A DNA stretch of 64,000 nt. Source: an uncultured virus (IMG/VR IMGVR_UViG_3300007346_000024). Its lineage: Duplodnaviria > Heunggongvirae > Uroviricota > Caudoviricetes. A program made the position numbers and the translations under genes. The stretch lies in the IMG/VR virus record IMGVR_UViG_3300007346_000024. One strand, written 5' to 3'. The number at the start of each line of letters is the position of its first letter. Position 1 is the stretch's first letter. This document shows, one piece after another, positions 45,517-56,126 of this stretch. The notes below the pieces were generated by a model. It was given only the letters and a program-made list of their open reading frames with translations. It was not told where the DNA came from and did no database searches.

Positions 45517-48500
45517 TATTTTCTAAGTTTTATTAATTTATTAGACTTCTCAAACGACTTAACAACATCGTCAACATCTAAGTTATCAACTTCTTTTCTT
45601 TTACTAAGGATTTCAAGCCAATTTTTCTTGATTTCTTCCTTAAATAACTCATCATTGCTCAACCTTATTTTGTCATCAGCTATTGAATCTTCAAAAGATT
45701 TGATAATATCAGGTATATCATTAAATTTTTTTCCTTCGTTAACCACTAACTCTTCATAACCTTTAAGTATTGCTGAGTTTTCAGAAGGTTTGTTAGAGCC
45801 TTGAGTAAATCTATATATAGAAACTCTTTCAGACTTTCTAACCATAGTCATATCGTCTAGACCTAATATTAAAACAGTTGTTCTACCCATAAACTTAAAT
45901 AACGAGTCTTCATTACCTGTTAGTGAAGATGGTTTTTTGTAAACCTTGATTTTATCATCATCTTCATACATATTACTGTCATCTGTATTAACAGTAGCCT
46001 TAACATAAGGGGAATCATGCCAAATCTTAAGAACCTTAAAAGATTTTTTAGACTTTTTATCTATCCCTTTTATCTCAGCAGCTTGTTCTTCTATTTCCAT
46101 TCTGAAAAGACCTCCTTCAACCTTATAAGCAGATGAAAGTTCTTTTAAAATTTCAGTAAGAATAGGCTCTATAATAGAATAAGGAGTGTTTTCGTTAATA
46201 TCTGACTCTAAAGAAGGTATTGGATTTGAAAAATCTAACTCATCAAATACTGCATCAATCTCGCCTTGAGTAGGGTTAAATTTAGCTTTAAGCTCTTCTA
46301 CATCACTTCTGAACTCTTGCTCATACAACGTCCAACTTGGTTTTTTAGAGTCCTTTTTAGCTTTATACTTTTCACCTTCAGCATCAGAAAGACCTTCAAA
46401 CTGAACTCTAAGTTCATTTTTGAACTTGTTAACGGCTTTTTTCATTTCAGGTTTTCTAGACTTAAGAATCTCTTTTTCAATATCATTCTTTTTCTCATCA
46501 ACGTTTAACTTACTTAGCTCCTTTGCTAAATAATTTATAGTAGGTAAATAAGATGATATTTGAGTTTTTAAACTTTCGTATTTCTCGCTAATATTTCTAA
46601 GCTCAGAAATCTTTTTGTCTAATCTGTTAACATTGTTAGAAAGCTCTGATTTTCTCTGATAGAACTCAATCTTAGTCAATAAATCAGGGTCAGTAATAAG
46701 ACTTAATAGACGCTCTCTTGCGTTCATAGTAAACTGAGTAGTGTTCATATCATAAACACCCGCTTCTAACATTCTTTTAATGTTATTGATTTTTCTATTA
46801 AGCTTATCATAAACGAATGCGTCAATAGAGTTAAGTGCTAAAACATATACAATTCTAACGTTGTCATAAGGGTTTTTCTGTCTCCAAATTCTTCCTTCTA
46901 ACTGCATTGAAACTGTTGGTGAGAACTCCGCTTGAGCAATGTACATTGTATGAGAGTTACCTTGTAAATCAATACCTTCCTTGATTGCCTTAGAACCTAA
47001 AAGAATTTTAACTTTTCCGTTGTTAAATTGGTTTTTAATTAAAACTTTACCTCTTCTAGTTATTTCACCTTTTTTATTCTTAGAAGAATCATCTTTAACA
47101 CCTTTACCCGCAATAATAGCAACCTCAGTAAACTCTCCTGACTTTTCAAATTTTTCATCAGAAATGCCATCTACATATCTTGTGATGTATTCTGCTAATA
47201 ATTCAAATGCATTATAAGTTGTCCCTTTGTAAGTAAACTTAATTTTATTAAAGTACACTACCTGACCACCAATTTTTTCAATATCACCTTTCTTCAATTG
47301 CTCTTTTTGATAGTTTATTGTAGACTGAATAGCTTTAACAATAAATAAAAGCTTTGGTGAATTCTCTACAAAAATCTTAGCAGGGTCAGGAGATAAATCA
47401 GGAAGACCTTTGTAAACTAAGTCTCCATCCTTTCCAACCTTAACAAAGTAAGGGCTTATTACTAATTGCTCCTGAACCGACTGACAAGTGATTGCTTTAG
47501 CTTGAATAACTTTGTCTTTTGAAACGGCTGATAAATCAACGTCAGATTCGCTTGTAGAAAACTCTTCTTCAACATCTTCTTTTGATTCTCCTAAAACGCT
47601 TATTCTAGTCTTTTTAATCAGGTTTATTAACTTCTTGTTACCTGAATACATTACTAATAATGCGGCTTCTAATTCCGCTACTAAATCCTGTATAGCTTCA
47701 AAATCCTTGACTTTTTTGAAATCATTTATCTCTGCTCTTTTCTCTTTTATATAGTCTTCAACTTCTGAGTCAATAGATATTTCTGATTCTGATTTAATAG
47801 ATTCAGCAGGGAACATTTCTGATAACAACCTAGTTTCATTATCATCTCTAAGATAGTCCAAGATAATCTCTTGCATTTCCTTTTGTATCTTAGAAAGACC
47901 TACTCGGCTTGACACTCCTTCTAGCTCACTGAAATACTTTCCTGAAACCGTTACCTGAGTATCACCTTGATTGTCAATTTTTTCTTGAGGTAATACAGCC
48001 TTAACAGGTCTGCTTTTCTCAATAGCGTCATCAGTGATTTTAACATTTGAAACATTTGTAATCAAGTTACTTAAAGCCTTAGAGTTGTAGTACCCTTCGA
48101 TAGTAGGGAATAAACCTATATCTCCATTATGCTTAACTCCGTACTGATACGATTCTTTAACATAGTTATTAAAGAAGTCAAAAGAATTGTTAATCCCACT
48201 AGAAGTAAGCATCTTCTTATTGGAAAGACCTAATACGGATATAACCTGTAAAGGATGGTCTGTAAAAGGTGTAGCTGAAAGCATTAAAACGTTTCTAGAA
48301 TCTTTGTTTTTGTCTTGTATAAAAAAGCTTAGTGCAGCTAAGTTTAACTTGTTCTTATTAGCTGAAACCCAAGAACTATCATATTTAATAACTGCTTTAT
48401 CTTTAGCTCCCTTAGCGTTTTGAGTATCCTCCTGAACAGGGATATAAAGCTTATAACCATATCCTGAATAAAGGTATTGGTCAATGTTATTTATCTTTTC

Positions 48501-51500
48501 TTTTTCTTTACCGCTCTCTCTTCCCGCTTTATAAGATTTAGCAGAAACCTTACCTATAATGTTGTTAAAATTATGGATTTCATCAACCACTAATATGTCA
48601 ATTTCTAACTTATCTAAAGATACAGGGTGCTTTTGAAGTATATTATAAGCCTGACCGTATCCTGATTTAGATACTTTCCTCCATTCTGATTTCTTGTTAT
48701 ACTCAATCTCTTCATTAGGCTTAACCTCTCCTAATCCTAGTTTATAATGAAGGGCTTCTTGAACAGATTTAATACTAGGTCTAAGTCTTTCTACAGCTTT
48801 GTGAGTAGCTACAAATATTACGTTATCCTCCATGACTTCACTCTTATAAGAGCCAATTTCGTCTATAAGCCTAATATTAAAGGTGATAACTATCTCTTTT
48901 AGCTCTTCCTGAAGTTGGTTTGATGCTTTTTCTGCAAAAACCTCTCTATCGTCTTCATATTTTTGCTTTTCAGAATCAGTTATACTAGCGTTAATCTTAT
49001 TAGAGTAATCCTCGTAATTAGGCATTGTTTGTTCATAGATAGACATATACGAGTCTTTCATTAACTCAAACATATTATCGCTTAAGAAAGTGTATTTTTC
49101 ATAATCAGGTATTAAAGCCTTAATCTCTGATTTTAAAATCTTAACAAACTCTTCGTAAGACGACTTACTTGAGTAATTGTTTTCAAAAGCAAACATAATC
49201 CTGCTCTTAGGGAGAGCTTTATTGATTATTTTATCAACTGAAGATATTACTTCTTTAAATTTTGAAAGAAGATTTTCTTCACTATCTGTAAAAGGATTTT
49301 TAAGATTTCTAAGAGCTTTTTCTCTTGCATTTCCTAGTGGGAAAACTTTTGCATTAGGGAATAAACCATGAGTATCTGAATCACCTGTAATTTCTGTGAA
49401 AAACTTATCATAAACAGAAGTTGGAACTAAGAATAAAGCTCTTCTACCTTCTCCTGTATTGAACATCTGATTGGTGTAAGTGATAGATGTAGTTGTCTTA
49501 CCAAAACCTACCTCATGAAGAAGTAACCCACTATTATTATTAGCCGTTACATGTCTAACACCTTCCAACTGAGCTTCTCTAAGACCGAATTCAAAAGCGT
49601 TATCTCTTTCTCCAAAAAGAACATTATGTGTAACGAACACGGGCTGCTTAAGCAAGTCAGGCTTAGAGTAGTTATTATAATAAGTATTCCAAAGTTTGTC
49701 TATTGTCTCCTGAGAATCTTCCGTTAGAGCTTCTTTTAAGAATTTATTAAAAAGCCTTCTACCTTCGTTAGCACAATCCCATCTTCTCTCTAGAAAACTT
49801 AACTCTAATTGAGAATATATGTTTTCACTTTCTTTATCTGTGACAACATCAGGCGACTTTAAAAGACCTTGTTCATAAAACATATCTCTAGTCCAAGCCC
49901 TAGACCTAGTTAAAGTGTTTTTAGTGTACTTGTCATTATTCCTTTTAACATCCGATAAATCAATACCTTTTGAGTTACCATCTTTATCTTGCCAATAAGG
50001 AGCAATCCAATTATAGATATAATATCCTTTATCTACAGGCATTACATAAGCTTCCTTGATTTCATCTACACTAAAGTTCCCTAGAATTTGAGATGATGGC
50101 AACGATGTCAACCACCCCATAAATAAGGACTTAATACCCGTAACCCTACTATTTGAAGAGTAACCTGTAACTGTTTCAATTCTTATTCTAGGTGCGGCTC
50201 TACCTGTAGAGGATGCTGTATCTACGCTTGCATTATCTTTTAAAGTGTAAGACGCTTTGTAAAATATAGGGCAGTGAATATCTATGTTTAATCTGTTCGC
50301 CTCATCTTCCGCTTGATTACCCGTTGGCACAGGATTGATTGTTGGAACGAACCTATTCTCTATAGCTTCATTGATAATCTCTAAATGATTTCCTTCTATT
50401 TCAGAACCTTTTTCTTCTCCGTAGTATTTTTTAAGGTACTCTAGAAAAGAGTCAGACTCTAACTCATCTTTCTTTTCGTATATGTTTTTAGAAATAAAAT
50501 CATTTTTATCGCTATACTTTATACGTGCTATAAAATCTTTCTCACTTACGAAAATATTATTAACGAATAAAAACCCTTCCTCTATAAGCTTTTCAGAAAT
50601 AACATCTTGAAACAACCAATAATCTAGACCTAGTATTTTTAATGACAAATATCTATACCCTGTCTTATTTCCTTTAGACAAGAAGTAAGCTAACAGTTCG
50701 TCTACACTAATGTTTTGATTATAAGTCCAATAAGACTCTTCAATTTTATAAACATAATCAATCTTTTTCCAAGACTTTTTAGGCTTAGCCTTTCTAACTT
50801 CTTTGCCGTCTTCTTTTGATAAATATGTATAACTATCAATATAACTTGAAACAACATCATCAACGTAAGAAAGTCTGTCCTCTAAACTAGACGTACTAGC
50901 TATTACCTTTTGGTCGTTATATATTGAAACTAAATTAGGGTATTCCGAAATAAACTCCTTATTCAACATTAAAGGTATGTTTGTAGCAGGGTTTATTAGA
51001 GATATTTGCTCCCTTAAAGAGTATTCGCTAAACAGGAACTCTACGTAATCAACGTAAAAAGTATTTGTAGTTAAACTAACGTCTTGACCTTCTATTATTG
51101 AGTAGTTAGGGCTTTTTACAGTAATCTTCTTTCTTTCTTGAAATATGTTGTCACTTTGTACAAGCTCTTCTCTAACAACCTCTGTGTCTTTTGCTAGAAT
51201 TACTAATTTATTATTCTCTTCATCAAAATAAAATCTAGCCTCAGTCTCTCCATTTATAATCAACAAGTATAAAGACTGAAACAAATCAATAGAATCAGCA
51301 TAAAAGGATTTGTTCGACTCTATATCGAATACCATTTTATAAGTAATACCTCTATCAATAACCTTGCTTAAATCACTTGACTGTATAGTTAAATTTATAG
51401 CATTATTTACCTTATTAAATAACTGAATAATATCTATTGAACCTGTAAATACAGAATCATCTTTTCTTAATTCAGATATATAGCTACGCATCTCTTTAGC

Positions 51501-52301
51501 ATTCAAACCTATTTCTGAAGAAGTTCTTCCTGTTTTAGAAGGCTCTCCATTTGAGCTATAGTAAAACTCATCAGTTGTATAGTTAACTGTGTCTGAATTT
51601 ATATCTTCAGTTATTTTATTAGGCGAAACATTAGTGTAGCTATTCTTTGTTTTTTGAAATACAGAACTAGATGGAGAATGGAAAAAGTAACTTAGGTAAT
51701 CTCCTTTATTTCCAAAAGAATCCCAAGCCTTGCTCTTTGTTAAAATACTATGATTAGCTATCTGAAAAAGATAACTAAGTGTAAACTGATTAGATATATT
51801 AACATTATAATCCAAACTAGAACTTCCTTTTACAGGTGTTACTATTGAGTAAACAGGAAGGTTTTCAATACTAAAAGACGGAGATGACTTCCTGATAAAT
51901 TTACTCTTGCTAATAGCTAATGTATTAGCAAAATAAGCCAACATTTCCTTATAATCTTCTACCGATAAAGTAGAGTTAGGAAAGTCGTTTTGAATAAAAA
52001 TACCAATACTATACTGATAGCTATATGTACTGAAAATAAAATCAAGAGACTTCTTAAGCTCATGATTATCAACTGTCTTATCCGAGTTTAAGCCTTTTAA
52101 TTTGGAAGGGTCTATTAATGTTTCTTTGCTATCATACGTTCCCTCAAACTTAGCTTGAACAAGCTCTTTGTATTGCTTGTACTCTATACCTCTTTTCTGA
52201 CAGTCTTCCTTTATAGCTTTAACGAGTTTTGCTTGCTCAGCAACTCTTGTAATCTCCTTAAGAGTATATTTTAACATATTCTTACAGTTAAATGTTATCA
52301 T
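45516..52301 (-). CDS. Giant SF2/SNF2-type helicase (DarB-like polyvalent protein)
   Basis: HEVGFGKT, LVVDEIHNF, LSATP, EGIDLQ, QLEGRIWRQKN; 2261 aa. Confidence 0.8.
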   Translation of the reverse strand: MITFNCKNMLKYTLKEITRVAEQAKLVKAIKEDCQKRGIEYKQYKELVQAKFEGTYDSKETLIDPSKLKGLNSDKTVDNHELKKSLDFIFSTYSYQYSIGIFIQNDFPNSTLSVEDYKEMLAYFANTLAISKSKFIRKSSPSFSIENLPVYSIVTPVKGSSSLDYNVNISNQFTLSYLFQIANHSILTKSKAWDSFGNKGDYLSYFFHSPSSSVFQKTKNSYTNVSPNKITEDINSDTVNYTTDEFYYSSNGEPSKTGRTSSEIGLNAKEMRSYISELRKDDSVFTGSIDIIQLFNKVNNAINLTIQSSDLSKVIDRGITYKMVFDIESNKSFYADSIDLFQSLYLLIINGETEARFYFDEENNKLVILAKDTEVVREELVQSDNIFQERKKITVKSPNYSIIEGQDVSLTTNTFYVDYVEFLFSEYSLREQISLINPATNIPLMLNKEFISEYPNLVSIYNDQKVIASTSSLEDRLSYVDDVVSSYIDSYTYLSKEDGKEVRKAKPKKSWKKIDYVYKIEESYWTYNQNISVDELLAYFLSKGNKTGYRYLSLKILGLDYWLFQDVISEKLIEEGFLFVNNIFVSEKDFIARIKYSDKNDFISKNIYEKKDELESDSFLEYLKKYYGEEKGSEIEGNHLEIINEAIENRFVPTINPVPTGNQAEDEANRLNIDIHCPIFYKASYTLKDNASVDTASSTGRAAPRIRIETVTGYSSNSRVTGIKSLFMGWLTSLPSSQILGNFSVDEIKEAYVMPVDKGYYIYNWIAPYWQDKDGNSKGIDLSDVKRNNDKYTKNTLTRSRAWTRDMFYEQGLLKSPDVVTDKESENIYSQLELSFLERRWDCANEGRRLFNKFLKEALTEDSQETIDKLWNTYYNNYSKPDLLKQPVFVTHNVLFGERDNAFEFGLREAQLEGVRHVTANNNSGLLLHEVGFGKTTTSITYTNQMFNTGEGRRALFLVPTSVYDKFFTEITGDSDTHGLFPNAKVFPLGNAREKALRNLKNPFTDSEENLLSKFKEVISSVDKIINKALPKSRIMFAFENNYSSKSSYEEFVKILKSEIKALIPDYEKYTFLSDNMFELMKDSYMSIYEQTMPNYEDYSNKINASITDSEKQKYEDDREVFAEKASNQLQEELKEIVITFNIRLIDEIGSYKSEVMEDNVIFVATHKAVERLRPSIKSVQEALHYKLGLGEVKPNEEIEYNKKSEWRKVSKSGYGQAYNILQKHPVSLDKLEIDILVVDEIHNFNNIIGKVSAKSYKAGRESGKEKEKINNIDQYLYSGYGYKLYIPVQEDTQNAKGAKDKAVIKYDSSWVSANKNKLNLAALSFFIQDKNKDSRNVLMLSATPFTDHPLQVISVLGLSNKKMLTSSGINNSFDFFNNYVKESYQYGVKHNGDIGLFPTIEGYYNSKALSNLITNVSNVKITDDAIEKSRPVKAVLPQEKIDNQGDTQVTVSGKYFSELEGVSSRVGLSKIQKEMQEIILDYLRDDNETRLLSEMFPAESIKSESEISIDSEVEDYIKEKRAEINDFKKVKDFEAIQDLVAELEAALLVMYSGNKKLINLIKKTRISVLGESKEDVEEEFSTSESDVDLSAVSKDKVIQAKAITCQSVQEQLVISPYFVKVGKDGDLVYKGLPDLSPDPAKIFVENSPKLLFIVKAIQSTINYQKEQLKKGDIEKIGGQVVYFNKIKFTYKGTTYNAFELLAEYITRYVDGISDEKFEKSGEFTEVAIIAGKGVKDDSSKNKKGEITRRGKVLIKNQFNNGKVKILLGSKAIKEGIDLQGNSHTMYIAQAEFSPTVSMQLEGRIWRQKNPYDNVRIVYVLALNSIDAFVYDKLNRKINNIKRMLEAGVYDMNTTQFTMNARERLLSLITDPDLLTKIEFYQRKSELSNNVNRLDKKISELRNISEKYESLKTQISSYLPTINYLAKELSKLNVDEKKNDIEKEILKSRKPEMKKAVNKFKNELRVQFEGLSDAEGEKYKAKKDSKKPSWTLYEQEFRSDVEELKAKFNPTQGEIDAVFDELDFSNPIPSLESDINENTPYSIIEPILTEILKELSSAYKVEGGLFRMEIEEQAAEIKGIDKKSKKSFKVLKIWHDSPYVKATVNTDDSNMYEDDDKIKVYKKPSSLTGNEDSLFKFMGRTTVLILGLDDMTMVRKSERVSIYRFTQGSNKPSENSAILKGYEELVVNEGKKFNDIPDIIKSFEDSIADDKIRLSNDELFKEEIKKNWLEILSKRKEVDNLDVDDVVKSFEKSNKLIKLRK

Positions 52302-52551
52302 TAACAGCAGCTAGACTTTGTTCCCAAGTAAGCCCTGTTGAGTATTTTGTGTTAATTAAAGACTTTATAATCTGAACTTTAAACTGATTCCCCTTAGCAA
52401 TTTCTTTAGCTAAAAAAGGAAATTTAGTCTTATCCATCGAAGCGATAACCTTACCTGCTTCAATGAAAATAGGCTTGATAGAACTCAAACCTTTCTTTTG
52501 AATTGATTTTGTAAAATACATATTAAATAAAATCCACTTCTGTTGAACCAT
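52288..52551 (-). CDS. Hypothetical protein
   Basis: Short ORF in operon; true start may be MYFTKS. Confidence 0.5.
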   Translation of the reverse strand: MVQQKWILFNMYFTKSIQKKGLSSIKPIFIEAGKVIASMDKTKFPFLAKEIAKGNQFKVQIIKSLINTKYSTGLTWEQSLAAVNDNI

Positions 52552-52753
52552 TAGACAACATAAACAACCCTTTAGTGTTGTTTACTTTGCACAATAAAAC
52601 TCTATCATTCTTAACAAGTTCAGTCTCTTTGAACGAAACTTTACCACCTGTCTTTTCCATTGTTGAAAATGACTTTATACTGCCATCTTTTTTTTCTAAC
52701 AAAGAAAAGAAATCAGAGTCTTTATCTACTTCAAAATTTGGATTCACGTACAT
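52523..52753 (-). CDS. Hypothetical protein
   Basis: 76-aa ORF in operon. Confidence 0.5.
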   Translation of the reverse strand: MYVNPNFEVDKDSDFFSLLEKKDGSIKSFSTMEKTGGKVSFKETELVKNDRVLLCKVNNTKGLFMLSNGSTEVDFI

Positions 52754-52756
52754 ATC

Positions 52757-53449
52757 TTACTTCTTTTTTAGTATTACACTAATGTACTCTAATTTACTAT
52801 TTACAGGTGAGATTCTAGTCTCTAAATCAGAATACTTCTTAACATTACCATTTCTTAAAAACTGCTCAACTTCAGTCTTCTTACAAATTACACAAAGATA
52901 ACCACCTTTTGTTACAAAATCTAAACTTCTTGAAACATAATAATTGATTGGGTCTAAATAGGATAAGCTAGTCCCATCAACACCTTTGTAATAATCTTTA
53001 TCTTTCTCGATTCTAGTTATTACAATATCGTACTTTTTTGTATTTCCATTATCTCCATTGATAAAGAAATTACTTATATCAAAAACCTCTGAAGCGTAAG
53101 AGCTATCAATAATTTTCGATTGATTAAGCATATCTGAAATCTGCTTCTCTTCATAAGTCTCCGTGTAAACCTCTAAAGAGCAACTTTCAGGTGCGTTTTC
53201 AATTAATTTACCCGAACCTGCGTTAGTATCTAATATTGTAACCTGAGACCTTTGGTCATAATCTAATAATTCAGGGAATCTTTTCTTGAACTCATTCCAT
53301 ATTAAAGAGATTAACTCATTAGACATTTTACAGCTATAGCAATCTGAATAAGACCTTAACAAAGACTTGTCAACTTCTGTAGCAACATAATTCTTTTTGC
53401 TGCTAACTATCTTTAAGAAATCTCTTACTTGTGAATTAGTGTATTTCAT
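52757..53449 (-). CDS. N6-adenine methyltransferase-fold protein lacking the NPPY motif (likely start ATG 53449)
   Basis: ILDTNAGSG SAM motif; YDIVITRIEK where NPP(Y/F) is expected; SLD.V..GG.L. Confidence 0.6.
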   Translation of the reverse strand: MKYTNSQVRDFLKIVSSKKNYVATEVDKSLLRSYSDCYSCKMSNELISLIWNEFKKRFPELLDYDQRSQVTILDTNAGSGKLIENAPESCSLEVYTETYEEKQISDMLNQSKIIDSSYASEVFDISNFFINGDNGNTKKYDIVITRIEKDKDYYKGVDGTSLSYLDPINYYVSRSLDFVTKGGYLCVICKKTEVEQFLRNGNVKKYSDLETRISPVNSKLEYISVILKKK

Positions 53450-53450
53450 T

Positions 53451-54455
53451 TTACATTTTTTCTTTAGCGTCAATACCTATAAGCTTCCTAGTGTCAGGCA
53501 TCTCGTCAATATACTTTTTTGCCAATTTAATTGGCGTGTAATTTGAATCTATAACAGATTGTAATGTTACAAAGATAACACTTTCAGGAATAAGTTCAGG
53601 ATATGTACCCAAATCAACACCCATGTCAGTTAAAACCATCAATGTTACTTTAGCATCGGAATTCTGCTTTTTCATTTTATGCTCTATAGCCTTAACCTGT
53701 TCAAAAGCACCCCAAAACGAAGTCCCTCCACCTCCTGAAATCACAATGTCAGTATCTTTGGTGAAGTCCTCTAGCTCTAGAATGTTTTCATTAGGTATAG
53801 GTATTCCTTTAGGAGCGTCATCAACCATCCAAATCTGACCTTTATATTCATTTGCTATAGCAGGGAAGTGAGAAGAAAAAATCTTAAGCAATGGGTTCCC
53901 GTAAGCATCTGTATAGCCCCACATAGAACCCGAAGTATCTAATAGCACGTATAATGCGTTATTCTCATCAATTATCTTCCCTTTGGCTTTCCTTATAACA
54001 CCCTTAACAGCTTCTTCGTAATCCATTCCTGTCCTACCTTTCTCAGCATCAAAGTAATCCTTAACAGAACTCTTTATATCTCTTAACCAAGAAGGGAATG
54101 GTAGCTTTTTAAGTCTAACACGACCTTTGTCAGTACCTTTACCTTCACCATATTCAGGCTCTTCAGCTATTTGTGCCTGACCTGATATTTCTTTATACTT
54201 AAAAGGGTCGTCTTTGATGGCGTTAGCTGTAGTTTCTACTGCTCTCTCGTACTCATTAACCTCTTCAGGAGTTAATGGTTCAATTCTTTTTGTTATACCG
54301 CAAGCAGGATTGTATTCCGTAGTATCTATTGCATTGTGAGACTCTACGTAATCATCTGACTTTTTCATCAACCTATCAAATATAGGCTTAAGGTCTTCAG
54401 TCATCTTTTTAGACAACTTTTCAAATTTCTTTTTTCTTGATAAATAATCTGACAT
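53451..54455 (-). CDS. VWA-domain protein (DUF2201 C-terminal-like)
   Basis: MIDAS DTSGSM, GGGGT, VLTD. Confidence 0.8.
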   Translation of the reverse strand: MSDYLSRKKKFEKLSKKMTEDLKPIFDRLMKKSDDYVESHNAIDTTEYNPACGITKRIEPLTPEEVNEYERAVETTANAIKDDPFKYKEISGQAQIAEEPEYGEGKGTDKGRVRLKKLPFPSWLRDIKSSVKDYFDAEKGRTGMDYEEAVKGVIRKAKGKIIDENNALYVLLDTSGSMWGYTDAYGNPLLKIFSSHFPAIANEYKGQIWMVDDAPKGIPIPNENILELEDFTKDTDIVISGGGGTSFWGAFEQVKAIEHKMKKQNSDAKVTLMVLTDMGVDLGTYPELIPESVIFVTLQSVIDSNYTPIKLAKKYIDEMPDTRKLIGIDAKEKM

Positions 54456-55204
54456 TAAAGTAGGTTTTCGTATTGCTCAATGTATTTCTTAATCTTAGAT
54501 TTTTCAGAGTCTTTTAAAGCAGGGTTTTTATGTGCTGCTTCTAATGATTTAATCTTAGAAAGTATTTCAACCTTCAGTTTTTTATCTTGCCTCTCTTCTT
54601 TTTTCTTTTCCTTTCTGCTCTTTGTTTTGGAAGAGCTATCAGTACTATCAGAATCGTCACTATCTTTAGAAGTAGAATCTCCTTCATCAGAATCATCAGA
54701 ATCATCGGAATCTCTAGATTCAGAACCTTTAGAATCTTCATCTGTATCGTCTTCAGAATCAGAATCACCGTCTTCTAATCCATCATCATAAGCACTAGAA
54801 TCCTCGCCTTCATCTTCAACATCTACAGGATTATCTGAAACACCTGCGTTTCTCAAATCATTAATAGCTTTTTCTATGTCTTCTATTTCTTGGTCTAGGT
54901 CGTCCGAGCCATATTCGTCTTGGTCAGACTCATCGCCTTCACCTTCTTCAGACTCATCTTCTCTATCATCAGACTCCTCATCACTATCACCTTCCCCTCC
55001 TTCTCCATCTTCTGAACCATCCGAAGGTGGAGGTGGAGGCGTGTCCTCTTCACTCCATTGAACTTCGTTTTCAGGCTGAGGTTCACTATCATCTGAATCC
55101 ATGTCAGGAGTTTCGCTAGCTTCTTCATCGCTTATTTGAGGAGGTTGAATTATGATTAAATCACTACTATCAAACTCTCCTAGTATTTTTGAATTATCGC
55201 TCAT
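54455..55204 (-). CDS. Extremely acidic disordered protein
   Basis: D/E/S-rich; between peptidase and VWA genes. Confidence 0.65.
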   Translation of the reverse strand: MSDNSKILGEFDSSDLIIIQPPQISDEEASETPDMDSDDSEPQPENEVQWSEEDTPPPPPSDGSEDGEGGEGDSDEESDDREDESEEGEGDESDQDEYGSDDLDQEIEDIEKAINDLRNAGVSDNPVDVEDEGEDSSAYDDGLEDGDSDSEDDTDEDSKGSESRDSDDSDDSDEGDSTSKDSDDSDSTDSSSKTKSRKEKKKEERQDKKLKVEILSKIKSLEAAHKNPALKDSEKSKIKKYIEQYENLL

Positions 55205-55253
55205 TACTTAATTTATATTTTACAAAATACATATTATTAAACAATATGCAACA

Positions 55254-56126
55254 CTAAAGACTACCCTCGACTATAGCGTTGAAATAATCGCTTACCTCTT
55301 CCTCTGTCATTTCTTCAATAACCGACTTTCCGTCTACAATATCGACAACTCTACCATAAGAACCTTCTTTGCTACCTGACCTAACTTGAACTATATCTCC
55401 AACTTCAGGGTCTTTAATGTATGTTTCAGGTTTCTTATTATCTTTTTTAACAGGGTCTTTCTGACTATTGAATATGTAGTACTCATGAAGTGTTTTCCAA
55501 GAATAATCAGCTCCACCCTCAACGTAAGGCAATCCTATTTGAGGATAAAAGAATCTAGGTATAATAGGAGTGAAAGACTTCATTTTGAAGTAATAAACAC
55601 CATCATACAAATCCATTAAAGAAGATTCTTCTATTTGTGAGTTAATTCTACAATCCATACAGATATTAACGCTATTTGCGTAACCTGAAAGCTGAACTAA
55701 CAAGTCCTTGTTAAGGATATGTCCCATTTCATGCTGAACACCTGCTACAATGATAGGCGGGTACATTAATTGGTAGTAAGCATAAGTAGGAACTATTAAC
55801 TCCAATCTTTTCTTTTCTCTATTAAACGTACAAGCCCATGTCTGCATTGAAGGACTGTAAACTAGGTACACATTATTAGGCACAGGAGAAATCTCTCTTA
55901 TCTTAGAAAACATGAAATCCCTTTGCTCTGATGAAAGCTTAGGAATTTTCTTAACTATAGTTTGATACCTACCTGATAAAACATAAGCTTTAAGAGCAGG
56001 TACAAAAGATTTAATAATAGGCACGTACCATTCAAAAAACTCCTCTGAAGTCTTGAAAGGCTCCATGCTTTTTAAGTCAATATGATTTAATTTATCACTC
56101 ATTTTATTATGCAAATAAAAACTCAA
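55254..56126 (-). CDS. HExxH metallopeptidase (DUF2201 N-terminal-like)
   Basis: HEMGHIL...NICMDCRIN; C-terminal KOW-like GDIVQV..G...G.YGRVV. Confidence 0.75.
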   Translation of the reverse strand: MSFYLHNKMSDKLNHIDLKSMEPFKTSEEFFEWYVPIIKSFVPALKAYVLSGRYQTIVKKIPKLSSEQRDFMFSKIREISPVPNNVYLVYSPSMQTWACTFNREKKRLELIVPTYAYYQLMYPPIIVAGVQHEMGHILNKDLLVQLSGYANSVNICMDCRINSQIEESSLMDLYDGVYYFKMKSFTPIIPRFFYPQIGLPYVEGGADYSWKTLHEYYIFNSQKDPVKKDNKKPETYIKDPEVGDIVQVRSGSKEGSYGRVVDIVDGKSVIEEMTEEEVSDYFNAIVEGSL

